DNA from: Felis catus
Taxonomy: Eukaryota
NCBI RefSeq assembly: GCF_018350175.1
Contig: NC_058373.1
Location: 137,826,001 to 137,890,000, forward strand
Length of the DNA stretch: 64,000 nucleotides
Direction: 5' to 3'
Shown one piece after another: positions 1-11,800 of this stretch (position 1 is the stretch's first letter; each line of letters opens with the position of its first letter). Under the pieces are notes generated by a model, which was given only the letters and a program-made list of their open reading frames with translations, was not told the origin of the DNA and did not search any database. A program made the position numbers and the translations under genes.

Positions 1-389
1 GGCCAGCCAGTGTGCTTCCAGGGAGGGCTCTGGGCTTGGTGCCCGCTGGGGGCCAGAGTGAAAGGGAGGCTGCCAGATTCCTACCTGTGCCTCTCTCTGC
101 AGGTCTCACTTTCCTAGGCTTGAAAGAACTCTGTAAAGTCTCATTTACAAGGTAAATCTATGCCTGGGGCTCCACGGGGTTCCTGTGGCTTTTATGAGGA
201 AGAGATTTCAAAGATCAGTTTAGAAAGCGCTTACCTACATCAATGGTCACAGCACCAAGAAAGGCCACTTTTGTGCAGCGTCCCGTTTAAACGGACACGC
301 CAGCATCATGGAAACACCTACGATAAGGAGACTCTCAGCTTGTTAATGGTCTCTCTCTCTCTCCCTCCCCCCCCCCCCATTTCAAGTCA

Positions 390-957
390 GGTTTATTGAG
401 GCATAGCTTACATATAGCAAAATGCACCCTTTCGTGCATACAGTTCCACGAGCCCTGATGAGTCAAGTTGTGTAACCGCCGTACAGAATATTCTATCACC
501 CCCAACAAGTTCCTTTGGGCCTCACTGAATCCTTGGCCCCTGACAACCACGGACCCGTTTTCCTGTTCTAGGATTCCGGCTTTTCCAGAACGTCATATAA
601 AGGAACCACGCGGGGAGCCTACAGCATCTGGTTTCCCTCGCTTTGCGTGCGTGGGCAATCCACCTGGGTCACGTGCAAGGTCTGTCTTCCCTTCTCACCA
701 CTGAGCAAGGCAGCTCTGTAAGAGGCACTATGCTCCGGGTATCCATTCACCAGCTCAGGGACATTTGGATTGTTCCCACTTTTTGGCTTCTGTGAAGACA
801 GGACACACAATGACGTGGGACTACATCGAGAGAGAGGTAGAGAGAGAGAGAGAGTTGTGGGCATGGACATGTTTCCATTTCTCTTGGGAAATATCCGGGG
901 GGGGGGGGAATTACTGAGGCAAATGGTAGTGTAGGCGTCATTTTATAAGAAACTACC
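390..957 (-). mobile_element. Old L1 (L1M-type) 3' end fragment
   Basis: tttattgaggcatagcttacatatagcaaaatgcacc... and catttggattgttcccacttttggc resemble the antisense L1M 3' UTR. Confidence 0.7.
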
Positions 958-1210
958 AGGGCGCTTGGGTGGCTCAGTCGGTGAAGCGTCTGACTTCGGC
1001 TCAGGATATGATCTCACGGTTCGTGGATTCGAGCCCCGCGTCGGGCTCTGGGTTCGTGGGTTCGAGCCCCACGTCAGGCTCTGGGCTGACGGCTCGGAGC
1101 CTGGAGCCTGCTTCCGATTCTGTGTCTCCCTCTGTCTCTGCCCCGCCCCCACTCATTCTCTGTTTCTCTCTCCTTCAAAAATAAATAAACATAAAAAAAA
1201 TCTTTTTAAA
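958..1210 (+). mobile_element. Can-SINE with an internal 33-bp duplication
   Basis: tRNA-derived head (tgggtggctcagtcggtgaagcgtctgactt), CT-rich linker and AATAAA/A tail. Confidence 0.95.
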
Positions 1211-2574
1211 ACTCCTTTTTAAAGCACGGGTTCCAGCTATCTTAACGCCTCACAGAAAGCCTTCCAGAAACTTTTAGAATTCATTCGTTCGTTCATGCAA
1301 ATGCTTACTGAGTGCCCTCTATGTGTCAGACACCATTCCAGACCTTTGGGACACATCCATGAACGGACCAGGCTTGGGCTGCCCGGGGTCCTCCCCGTGG
1401 TTCCCCCAGGCCCTCCCCCAGCCCAAAGAGGCTTGCCCAAGTCAGGAGTGAGCAGCCAGGGAAAGCCAGAGCCCACAGAGAATATTCTGGGTTCCTTGCT
1501 GCCCAGCCCCCACTGAGAGCCACATCACAAGAGGAGGTGCTCTGCAAGCAGGCACGAGAGTGCTCCCCGAGCACACAGCCATCCCATGCGTTAGTTCCGG
1601 TGTTTGCTGACCACCCACTCTGCACCAGGCGCTGGGGAGGACCCAAGGGACCACAGCAGAGCCCGTGCCCAGGAGGACTCACAACTCACAGAGGACAGCT
1701 GTCAACGCTCCCTGGGGGGGGAAGTGCGTTGAGTGCCGGGGTACTGGAAATAGGGGTTGGGGAATCAAGGAGGGCTGCCTGGAGGTGGTGAACGGCAAGA
1801 TCAACAGATGGGGAATGGAGGGAGGGGCATGCCTCACCCGGGCTTCGTCGGACCCCTCTGGGCCACTCTGTGAGGAAGACAGGCCGGCCATTTCAAACCA
1901 CCTTCTTGGGTGAGGAGATTGGGACCACGCGGCCAGGTAGGGTCCCGTGGCTCTAGCCAAGAATCAGTGGCTGCTGGTTCTGGAGGGGCTGCTGTATTAC
2001 ACACGTGGGGAGCATCAGCTAATCCGCACCACCGTTCTGGGGGGCTATGAGAATTTCCCCCCTTTGTCGCGAAAAAGTGCCTTGTGCAAAGTCAGAGGAG
2101 GAACCAAGGTGTTAAGTCCCAGCTGCATGAGTGTTGCGGCCCAGTGCCCAGCACGGCCACCCCCTATACCTGTCCCCCTGCCCTCTTTGGGACGGCCCGT
2201 CAGGCTGCAGCTCCCAACACCGAATCCCACAGGCACAAGGGGGCTGGAAGGGGCTGAACGCCCCCACCTGAGTCCCAGGGTCTTGCCTGGCCACTTCTGG
2301 ACGGAAGACAGGTCGCCAGAGCTGGCGGTCGCGGGCGGCTTCCCCTTGCCCACTCTTCTCCAGGACACAGGACCAACGTGCAGGGACCCTTCCCTCCCAC
2401 CCCGTGAAGCTGATGAGCAGAACTTGAACTTGGAAGGGAAGAAGGAGGAGAAGCGGGCAGACCCCGCCTCCTGGCAGCTGCTGGACCACCCACTCTGGGC
2501 GGGTCCTTCCAGAGCGAGAGCTCACCCCTCTGCCGGGGGTTGGGGCGTGCAGGTACTCGGTGTGGATCGCATTT

Positions 2575-2700
2575 TGTGAGCCTCGGTTTCCTCCTCTGGA
2601 AAATGGGGGAGTTGACAGAAGTTGCTGTCTCAGAGGACGGCTGTGAAACACAGGTAATCCGTTCACAAAGCGCCTGGCAAGCTCTCATAAGAGCTCACGA
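2575..2700 (+). mobile_element. MIR fragment
   Basis: gagcctcggtttcctcctctggaaaatggggg resembles the MIR core. Confidence 0.6.
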
Positions 2701-2889
2701 GAGCCTTAGTTAGCCAGGAGCACGGTGGTGAATGTGTGCCAGGGTCAGGGGTCAATCTCAAGGGACCTGGGGCACCCGGGACCGGCTAGACATGCGAAAT
2801 CTCGGCCCCAACCGGACCTACTGGGGTGGGGTCTGCCGGTCGGGGTCCAGCAAGCCCCGCAGGTGATTCCGACCCTTCCACGGCAAGGG

Positions 2890-3111
2890 TCCCACAGCCT
2901 CAGCAGGGCGGACACTCGGGGCTGGACCATTCCCTGGGGTGGGGGCCGACCTGTGCATTGTAGGAGGTGGACAGCATCCTTGGGCTCCGCCCACCAGAAG
3001 CCAGGAGCATCGACACAGCTGTGACCACCAGAAATGGCTCCACACCTTGTCAGATGTCCCCGGCGGGCGGGGGGGGGGGGGAGCAAAATCACCCTGCGTT
3101 GAGGACAACTG
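2890..3111 (-). mobile_element. MER20-like hAT MITE
   Basis: cctgtgcattgtaggagg...cagcatcc...gcaaaatcaccctgcgttgaggacaactg matches the reverse complement of the recalled MER20 consensus. Confidence 0.75.
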
Positions 3112-5389
3112 ACCCAAACTTTGAGAACCGCCGCTCTACGGGGCACGAAGCCGACTCCCTCCCTCGAGGATCTTACAGGGGAACTGTGTTTAATGACAGT
3201 AACCTGCAGGGCTGGAGTTACCAGCTAGATGCTCCTTAGGGAGCAAGGCACTGTTTTAGTGACAAGGAAACAGGGGCTTCAAGGTTCAAAGACATCTGGC
3301 TCCTAAGAGGCAGAGCCGGGGTTCAGCCCAGGCCCTCGGGCTCTGTGACCCTCATCCCACAGCCCTGCCTGCCCCTCCGGGCTGTCTCCCTTCCTTCCTG
3401 CCCAGCTACACCCCTCGGTACAGTCCCCTTCCTTGGAAAGCTGACCCATGAGGCTCTGTCCACTTGGACCACCCTGGGGGACTTGCTTTCATGCCTGGCT
3501 CTCCCGGGGCCGCCATAAATGGTCTCCCCTTGACCTGTGCCAGCTGGGGAGGGCCCGAGGGGAGAGCCCAAGTTAGACTGCTCCGTTTCCCCTTGGTTCT
3601 TGGCTCCCACCTGCTCCCATTAGAATCGGCTTAACAATTCATTTTTTCCGCGTGAGTGTCCGGCGAAGGGAGTGTGAGGGGACCCGGAACCCCATTCCCA
3701 AAAAGAAGGGCGGGGGGCAGCCCCAGGTTTAAAAATCTCACCACAAATGGCGATCGAGAGTCCTAGAAGGTTTGACCTGGTCACCATCTTTCAGGGACTC
3801 GGGAAACATCACCCCAAAGTCAAGATGGTTATGCAGAGTGAGATGCTCCAGGAGGCGTGTTTTGTGGAAAGCTCTCCCGGGGGTGGGTCGGGGGGGAGGG
3901 GAGCTGGTTTAGAAAAGTCCAGCCAGGGCGCTGAGTGGGTCGTGGCGTGTCCATTCTATGGGCACCTCTGGGCCATCTCTAGGCCAGGCCCACCGAGGGG
4001 GCCCAGACCAGACCCTCCTGCAAAGGGCTCACGTCACAAATCCCAGCAGTGTGACAATGAAGTGACAAGAGCTGAGACACGACAACAAGGACAGAGAGGG
4101 GCTTCACGCAGCGCGGGGCGCCAGGACGGCCGCCCAACAGCGTGGAAGAAGGCGCTGGATGAGACAGGACGTGAGAAAGTGGACAGCAGGGCTCAAACGG
4201 GTAGTGAGCACAAGTGTGGAAAATACGAATTCGTGGAAAAGACCACAGGCATGACACGGTAGTCACAGTGGCAGAAGAAGAGGGTGGGGGCCCCAAAAAG
4301 TGGTTCTGTAACTTCCATAACCACGTGGACACAAAAAGGCAGTTGCCACAGATGATCGATTACCCCAGGGGTGCCCGCTGCGGACCACACCGCCGTGTTG
4401 TGTCAAGGCCTTCACAAACCTTGTCTACAGGCCAGGAACGGATTTCTTCCGAGTACAGATGAGGACACGGGATGGCGGGGTGGGGTGGGGGGTGGGGGGT
4501 CAGTGGGCTCGCCCTGGAATCCACAGATTTCATGGCCTAGGAAGGCTCTGTTTTCAGACAGAATACTCTCAGGACAGCACCGACAACTTCCCTCTCTCCT
4601 GCCCTGCCTTCTGCTCTACACCTGTCCCCTCACCACCATCACCAGCCACAACGGCCCCACCAGTACCTTCAACCGCCATTTTCACGCTTCGACCCCAGGG
4701 TCTCTAGATCCGAGCCCGCTTGAGGAAACAGATCCCCAGTGAGCCATCTGGGGCCACTGGAGACAGGGTTGCGGCTGCGGACTTGACCCATTTGCTCAGA
4801 GGGCTCTGATTTCCCTGAGCCAGGTGTACAAAGTCAAATCTAGCCCCCCCTTCCCCCCCCCCGCCACGTCCTGGGACAGCTCCACCCCAGCGGACTCGGG
4901 TGGCTCATTTGACTTGCAGCATTCCATCACCGACAAACTTTGCTAAGGAAATGACCACCGCCAACAGCAGGGACAACGCCAATAACAACTGCCGTCCGTC
5001 ACCAGGGTGACAAACGTCAGCTACCGAAAGCCCCTGCCAGGTGTGGAGGCTTTACGGATAGATATCCTCTTACCTGAACAACCCCACGAGGTGGGGGGGG
5101 GAGGGGGGCAAGATTCCCTTCCCTTCTATAGATGAGGCATTTGAGACTCAGAACAGTGGAAGAACTTGTCCGGGTGGCAGGCGATGCTGGGACGGCACTT
5201 CCTGTGATGGGGTCAGAGGTCAGGCAGGGTAGGAGTTCCATCCGAGGGTCTCAGGGACAAACGTGGGGCAGGTGATTCAGAAGGGGGCCTGGGGCTCCGC
5301 GACATGGCGCAGGGAGGGAAAAACGGAGGCACCAAGACTGCAAAGTGAAGCATTAAAAGGTCCTTAGAAATCACAGTCTGCCTTCGTCC

Positions 5390-5685
5390 TGCTGAGTCAG
5401 AATAGAATGCAGGCCACACAAATTACGTGGTCACCTCGAGCAGCCGTGTTACAGAAAGTCAGACAACGCAGCTAAAATTCATTTTAACGGTGTGCTTCGT
5501 TTCACCTACTGTAGCCAAAGTACTTCCGACGTGTGACGTATGTTTGAAAACCGTTAACGAGACGTTTTACATCCCTTTTCTCATAGTGGGCCTTCGCACT
5601 TTGTGCATGTGACACACGTCCATCTGGACCAGACACAAGTCCCCGGTAGTCACAGGACTGGTGGCTACCACGGGGGACGGCACAT
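5390..5685 (+). mobile_element. MER33-like hAT MITE
   Basis: aatagaatgcaggccacac...aattcattttaa...gagacgttttacatcccttttctcatag...ggtggctacc is colinear with the recalled MER33 consensus. Confidence 0.65.
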
Positions 5686-7920
5686 ATCCAGGCCCTCGGG
5701 GGACACTGCGCGGATACTGAGGTCAAAAGAAGAGACCGAAGGGGGCCGGCGCCGCCCATGCTTGTGAACCGCATCGCCGAACCCAACTTTGGCAGGCGAC
5801 TGGAGTGGCTTAGTGGGAGGGGCACAGGTTTGGGAGCAAGAAATATCCTGCTACCATAACGAGCTGTGTGACCACGAGCCTGGTACTCGACCTCTCCGAG
5901 CCTCGACGCCCTATACGGAAAATGAGTGGTCCTCCTCCTCGTCCGGCTTACGTGTGAATGAAATATAAAATACCCATCGGAGTTCTTGGCACGTGTTAGG
6001 TAATTAATCCGGGGACACGACGGGGATGCAGGTGGTGAATATATCACCACCACCCTCGGCCTCGTCACCTATGCCGTAATCCCTCCCGGCGCAGAAAAAC
6101 GGCGCTTGAACGGAGCAGCCCCTCCCGGTGGCTCTGCCTGGCCTGGGACAGGGGCAGGAGAAGGAAACGAGATGGACAAGGGGAGAGGAGAGAACACACC
6201 CCACAAGGCACCAGAGTCTCAGTGCTTGCTGCGCCCCAAAGCACACAGAAGAGTAAGACAAAGGCCACCCCAGCTCCACGGCCCGGCCCCAGGACCGATC
6301 TGTGTCCCATCAGTAGTGGGGAGCTGGTCTTTGGAGCTGAGCCTGCTTGAAAGGCAGTGAATCGCAGCCCTTTTGATCCCTCAGATGACGGCCCAAAGCC
6401 CCATCAGCTGTGCCGAATGGAAAAGACCCAGAAGCCCCAGGGCCAACACAGCACCTAAGGCCATCTCTGTCTCATCGGCAGAGCTGTGTCTGTGAGCCAT
6501 GCTCCCGCCACCCCAGCCTCTGGATTACTTGTCCCCTCCGCACAGAATGTTCCTCTCCCCACTTCCATCTGGCTAATAATTCCCATTTCAACTTAAAATG
6601 TCGCTTCGTCTGAAAGTCCCTCGTGGCATCTCTACGGGGTTCCCTTGTTGACGCTTAGAATAATCTCCCGTCATTATACCCCAATGGGACCACGGGAATC
6701 GACTCCGTGCCACGGGACAGGGGTAAGTCCGTACCTCCCTGGTGCCCGGGAGAGTTCCTGACATCGAGCAGACACTCAATGAATATCTTCTGGCATGAAG
6801 TTAACTCAGGAACCAGTAGAGCGCCGGTTGGCTTGACGCAGAGAGAAGATGGGCAGTATTTTAGAAAACAGAAATACAAGTCGCAGCACCGGTGCCCGAT
6901 GCCATACGTAATTTTCCACGCGATTATCCAAGAGGGTCACGGGGTATTGGATCACTTTGCCGGATTCTTCCAACAGCTGGAGAGAGCTCGAGTCAGAATG
7001 GACACGATTCACGGAATGACTGTTACGTCAACTATTGATTTTCCGAGAGCCTCAAAGCTGGAGCCTCACATCAAAGAGTCTTTTGAGTGAGGGGCACGGG
7101 TCGTCACCGCGACTCTTCTGTGTCCACAAGTGGGGACAGCTCGGGGGAAGCACGGCTTCCCCCTCTCATTTGCAGACACGTCACCCTGTTAGTCTCAGAT
7201 GGGTGGCTACCACTCCCGGGGTAGAAGCGTGGAGGAAGATTTTGCCGGTCCCATGAGCAGCGTTTCGTGGGCTCCGTCAAGGGCGTGAAACCACCTGCAA
7301 CATATAGAGCATCCCAGCCAAAAGCCAATAGTGTCCCCCCCGGTACTCACTCACTGAGGAATGCTGGTCCCAGGCCAGCCTAGGAGGCCATGTCCCCCGA
7401 GAGAAACAGTAAGCGAGGGAAATGAGTCAGAAAGGTCGCTTGATTACTAATGAGCACCCACGAGCACTGCCCCACTCGGCCCTTTTCTCACCCAGGCCGG
7501 ACCAGTCACCTTCTGAACGTTCCGGCACGTTCCTGCCTCTGCACCTCGGCTCATACCAACTTCCTCACCCCCCCCCCCAGAGGTCATCTCTGCTCATCTC
7601 CACTGACCTCTAAATCCCTTCCCAACACAAGAGGCTGCCCTAGGCACCTTGCTGAATGGCTCAGCCCCGATCACGTCTCCCTTCTCCAAGAGATCCCAGG
7701 CCTCCAACTAGAAAACTCACTGAGTGCCTGTCAACCACTGCCCTGTGGCTCTTCACCGATCCCAAGTATAGACACCAAATCCGAGCTTGAAATGTGGACT
7801 AAGTGATCAATCCATTCCCATCATTCAGTGGAATCCCGTAGCAAAATATCCACCAGCATACCCCCCCCCCCAAATTGCTCTGTAAAAGAAAGAACACATT
7901 TCTTTAAAAAGTCCTGATGA

Positions 7921-8154
7921 GGGGCACCTGGGTGGCTCAGTCGGTTAAGCATCCGACTTCAGCTCAGGTCACGATCTCACGGTCCGTGGGTTCGAGCCCC
8001 GCGTCGGGCTCTGTGCTGACAGCTCAGAGCCCGGAGCCTGCTTCCGATTCTGTGTCTCCCTCTCTCTCTGCCCCTCCCCTGTTCATGCTCTGTCTCTCTC
8101 TGTCTCAAAAATAAATAAACGTTAAAAAATTTTTTTTAAAATAAAAATAAAAAT
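7921..8154 (+). mobile_element. Can-SINE (felid), full length with a 16-bp TSD
   Basis: Full head, linker and tail. Perfect TSD AAAAAGTCCTGATGAG at 7906-7921 and 8155-8170, with a TT|AAAA endonuclease site. Confidence 0.97.
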
Positions 8155-9881
8155 AAAAAGTCCTGATGAGGGTTGGGCACTCAGCATTCATGACTTCACT
8201 GAATCCTCCAAAAAAAAAAAAAACCCTGGGAGGGCATTACTATCCTTAAAGTCACAGCACAGGTAGAAAAGGTCGAAACTCCACAGGGACACACGATGTG
8301 GCTAAAGTTTCGCAGCCACAAAGCGAAGGAGCTAAAATTCAAGTTCACACCTGGCTTCAAACATTCCTCTTTCCACTGGAGACCAGGCAGGCTCTCCTTT
8401 CTCTGGTTTCGTTCTTATTCAACAACTATGTTTACTCGATAAGAGCTGCAGGATTAAAACAAAACAAAAAAAAAAAGGCATCATTTCACGGGGCCTGGAG
8501 GGTCATGTATTGACTCCGTCTTTCCCGGTATCTCCAAGGTGCTTCCACAGTGCCCCTCCTCCTGGGTAATCCAACCCACCCCGAACTCTACAAGGTCAAG
8601 GGTAGTCGGTCTAGCAGTGTCTGACGGAGGCTCAGGCAGGATAATCTTTAATCTCGCCACGAAGAATGGCTTAACTTTCAAAGCTTGCCACCCGCCAGTT
8701 CTCTCTCCCCCAGGCAGCCTGTGGCCATGGGCTCGGGATGTTTTGTAAAAGCAGGCAGGGCTCCAACATCGAACGATGTAGAGACCAAACAACCCGTTGC
8801 TGGTTTCTCTCTCCCGAGGAGCCAGTACACCCCGTGGGCAAGCACAGGCTCCGGTTCTGAAATCTGCACAACTGCACCCCACCTGGACCCCAGAACCCCC
8901 CAGGCCTCGAAACTCTAGGTAACCAGAGCGTGCGGCTGGGAAAACAGCCACCAGGTATGACCAGACCCCTCTGGAATTTCCCTGATCTCTCCCGGGAAAC
9001 AGGGCTCAGCAGCAGTCTCTGGGGAACAGTCAAAATGGAAGGGAACGGAGCCAAGCAAGTATCCTCACCCTTCAAGCCTTCAAGGCTGGGGTGAATGCCG
9101 CACCTGCCACCTTCCTCCCCGGCCGTTCTGAGATGCTTGGAGAGGCGAGGGGGCGCCTTCCTGCAGAGGACTCGGGCCTCCACTCCACACGGAGGAGGAG
9201 TCTGTTACATGCACTATGTATTTAGAGTGTAAACCCGCAAGGACGGGGAGAAGGGAAGGAGGGACAACAACAAAATCCCAAAGGGTGGAGAGAAGGGAGA
9301 CCCGTGGTGACCGATTAGCATCTCAAGACGTCCACACTTTAATGTGGCACCCAGAAAGGACAAAAACAGCCCAGTTTACAACCCAGAGGTCTCGAAGGTT
9401 CGGGAATTAGTGGTGACAGGTACCTTTGGAAATGGGGTTGGGGTGGGGGGGGATGCAATAAGAAGACGGGTCCCTTCATCCCCTCCCCCATGTCTCCTGG
9501 CAGGTGTCAGTCCCATCCTCCATCAGGCACAAGACTGGAAGTTTGTTCTTCAAAGAGGATAAAACAGAAATTCTGAGTATGACTTGAGCTGAGGACGGCA
9601 CAGTGAGTGACTTCTGCACACTGGAAGCAGAGGAGCCCCCTGCGCCCCTCCTTCTTTCTTCTCCCAGCTCTCAGACCCCCACCCCACGCCCCAGCACCCT
9701 GGCCTGGACCCTCCGGACGGAAGACTGCAAGACTCAGTCTGACCAGCCAGGAGGGAAGATCTAAAGATACGGACATAGGGGCTCCCCATGACACAACGCA
9801 GCGGGGCACCCTTGAGAGAGGCTCTGACCAAGAAATCCCACCCCCTGAGCACTGAGCTTTCGCTTTTCAGTCCCCAGCTCT

Positions 9882-10081
9882 ATTTCTCTTAATGTTTATT
9901 TATTTGGAGAGAGAGAAAGCGCAGTAGGGGAGGGGCAGAGAGAGAGGGCCAGAGAGAATCCCAAGGAGGCTCCACACTTAGTGTGGAGCCCCATGCGGGA
10001 CTCAGTCCCACGACCGTGAGATCATAACCTGAATGGAAATCAAGAGTTGGACGCTTAACTGACTGAGCCACCCAGGTGCCC
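9882..10081 (-). mobile_element. Older carnivore Can-SINE
   Basis: Antisense head ...gactgagccacccaggtgcccc. TSD cagtcccca(g/a)ctct at 9868-9881 and 10082-10095. Confidence 0.93.
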
Positions 10082-10254
10082 CAGTCCCCAACTCTTAAAT
10101 ATGAGAAAACAATCAAGGGCTGTGAGCCAGCTAAACAAAGAAGCCTTTAACATGAAAGCTCCAGACCAAACAAACCCACATAAGCAAAGAGAAGGGTAGA
10201 GGTAACATTCACACGCAGCGCATCCAAAGGGCACCAACCACTCGTGTCATCAGC

Positions 10255-10400
10255 ACAACCTTTGAGGCAGATCTCAATATTATTACTTTCATTTCACAGA
10301 TGAGGGGCTTGGAGAAGAACGAGGTTAAATAACTTGCCCCAGGTCACAAAGCAAGTGAGTGGCAGTGCTAGGATTCGAACCAGGCTATTTGGCTCCAGGC
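10255..10400 (-). mobile_element. MIR
   Basis: tttcacagatgagg...aggttaaataacttgccccaggtcacaaagc...ggattcgaacccagg. Confidence 0.8.
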
Positions 10401-10489
10401 CTCGGCCATCACGGTCCATCGTGACTATTCCCAGTGTGTGAGAGCAGGTATTGCATTCCTGAAATAAGGCTTCTCTAAAGAATAAGAAA

Positions 10490-11800
10490 GAGCTCTTGCA
10501 AAGTAAAAACGTGGTAGGTTAAAATATGGAATATAAAAACTGATGAAATCTCCCAGAAAGTAGAGCAAAAAGCAAAGGGGATGGAAAATAGAAAAGATAA
10601 GAAAATGAGAGGATTAGTCCAAAAGGACCAATGTCCAAATAAAAGGAGTTCTAGAAGATTAGAGAAAAACAAAGAGCAGAAATCATGACCCCCCCCCCAA
10701 AAAAAAGAAAATCCAAGACAATTTCCCAGACAGAAGGACACAGTTCCAGATGGAAATGTTACACTCAGTGATCAGTACAATGCATGAAAAGAGACCACAC
10801 CCAGGCAGGTCACCCTGGAGTTTCGAGGTGCTGGGGACAAAAAGAGGATCCTATAAACTTCCAGAGAGAATGAAACAGGTCACAGAAAAGATAGGGAATG
10901 GCTTCACACTTCTCAACTGCAACCCCGGAGGCTAGAAGACAGTGGAACAAGGCTTTTATGCTCCAAGGGAAAATGACTGCCAACCATGAATTTGATGCCC
11001 AGCTAAACTAGCAATCAAGAATCAGAGGAGAATAAATTCATTTTCCCATGTGCAAGTTCTCAGAAAACTGACCACTCAGGCGCCCATTCTCAGGAAGGAT
11101 ATGCCCCTGGATTCAACAGACTAAGCCAGAAGAGGAAGGCAGGAAATGGGAGAGCTAACCCAGGAGAGAGGTAAGGGGGCCACAGGTGACAGTGAAAGAG
11201 CACCCAGGTGACAGCCAGACTCCAGATCTACTGGAGTAGACCAAAGGACCCTGATGTGCTCAAGAAGAGGAAACCGAGAGAATTTTCCTGATGCAGCCAA
11301 ACAACTTGAGGGGATATCCAGAACACCAACAGAGCTGGGGGGATGAATCAATAAGCACATATGCCAATTCTAACAGTTTTGAACTCCAAGGAAACCAAAA
11401 GTAGAACAGGAAAGGGAGAGCGAGCATAAGTTACTACGTGCCTCAGCTCCGAATAGTGCCCGCCTAGTAGTCGCACTGTAAACTCCAGTCACTAATCTTA
11501 CCAAAATTACGATGAAAACATACCAGGCAGCTGGGAGGACAGGAAAGATCGGAAGTTGAAAGAGGTAAAGAGGAGATCTGTATCCTTACCCTCCACGGTC
11601 AGAAATCAGAGCCCTGAACCAAACCAAAACAAACAAACAAAAAATCAAGACAAAGGAATACAGGTATGTTATTCAGAGACCAAGAGGAAAATACCAAAAT
11701 CATCAGCCAAAAAATCTGCAAGTTGATTGCCTCTGGGAAAGGGGACAACATGGGGGGAACCGCTACTTTTTATGCAAACCTTGGAAAACTAGAGTCATGT
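10490..11800 (+). mobile_element. Ancient L1ME/HAL1-like ORF1 remnant
   Basis: A-rich L1 ORF1-like sequence (aagaataagaaagagctcttg..., gctagaagacagtggaacaaggc, cccagctaaactagcaatcaag), with no intact ORF. Confidence 0.6.

Noticed and set aside
6707-7090. 127-aa ORF with a protein-like second half
   Set aside because: Starts in an L2 tail, matches no protein I recognise, and has no supporting splice context.
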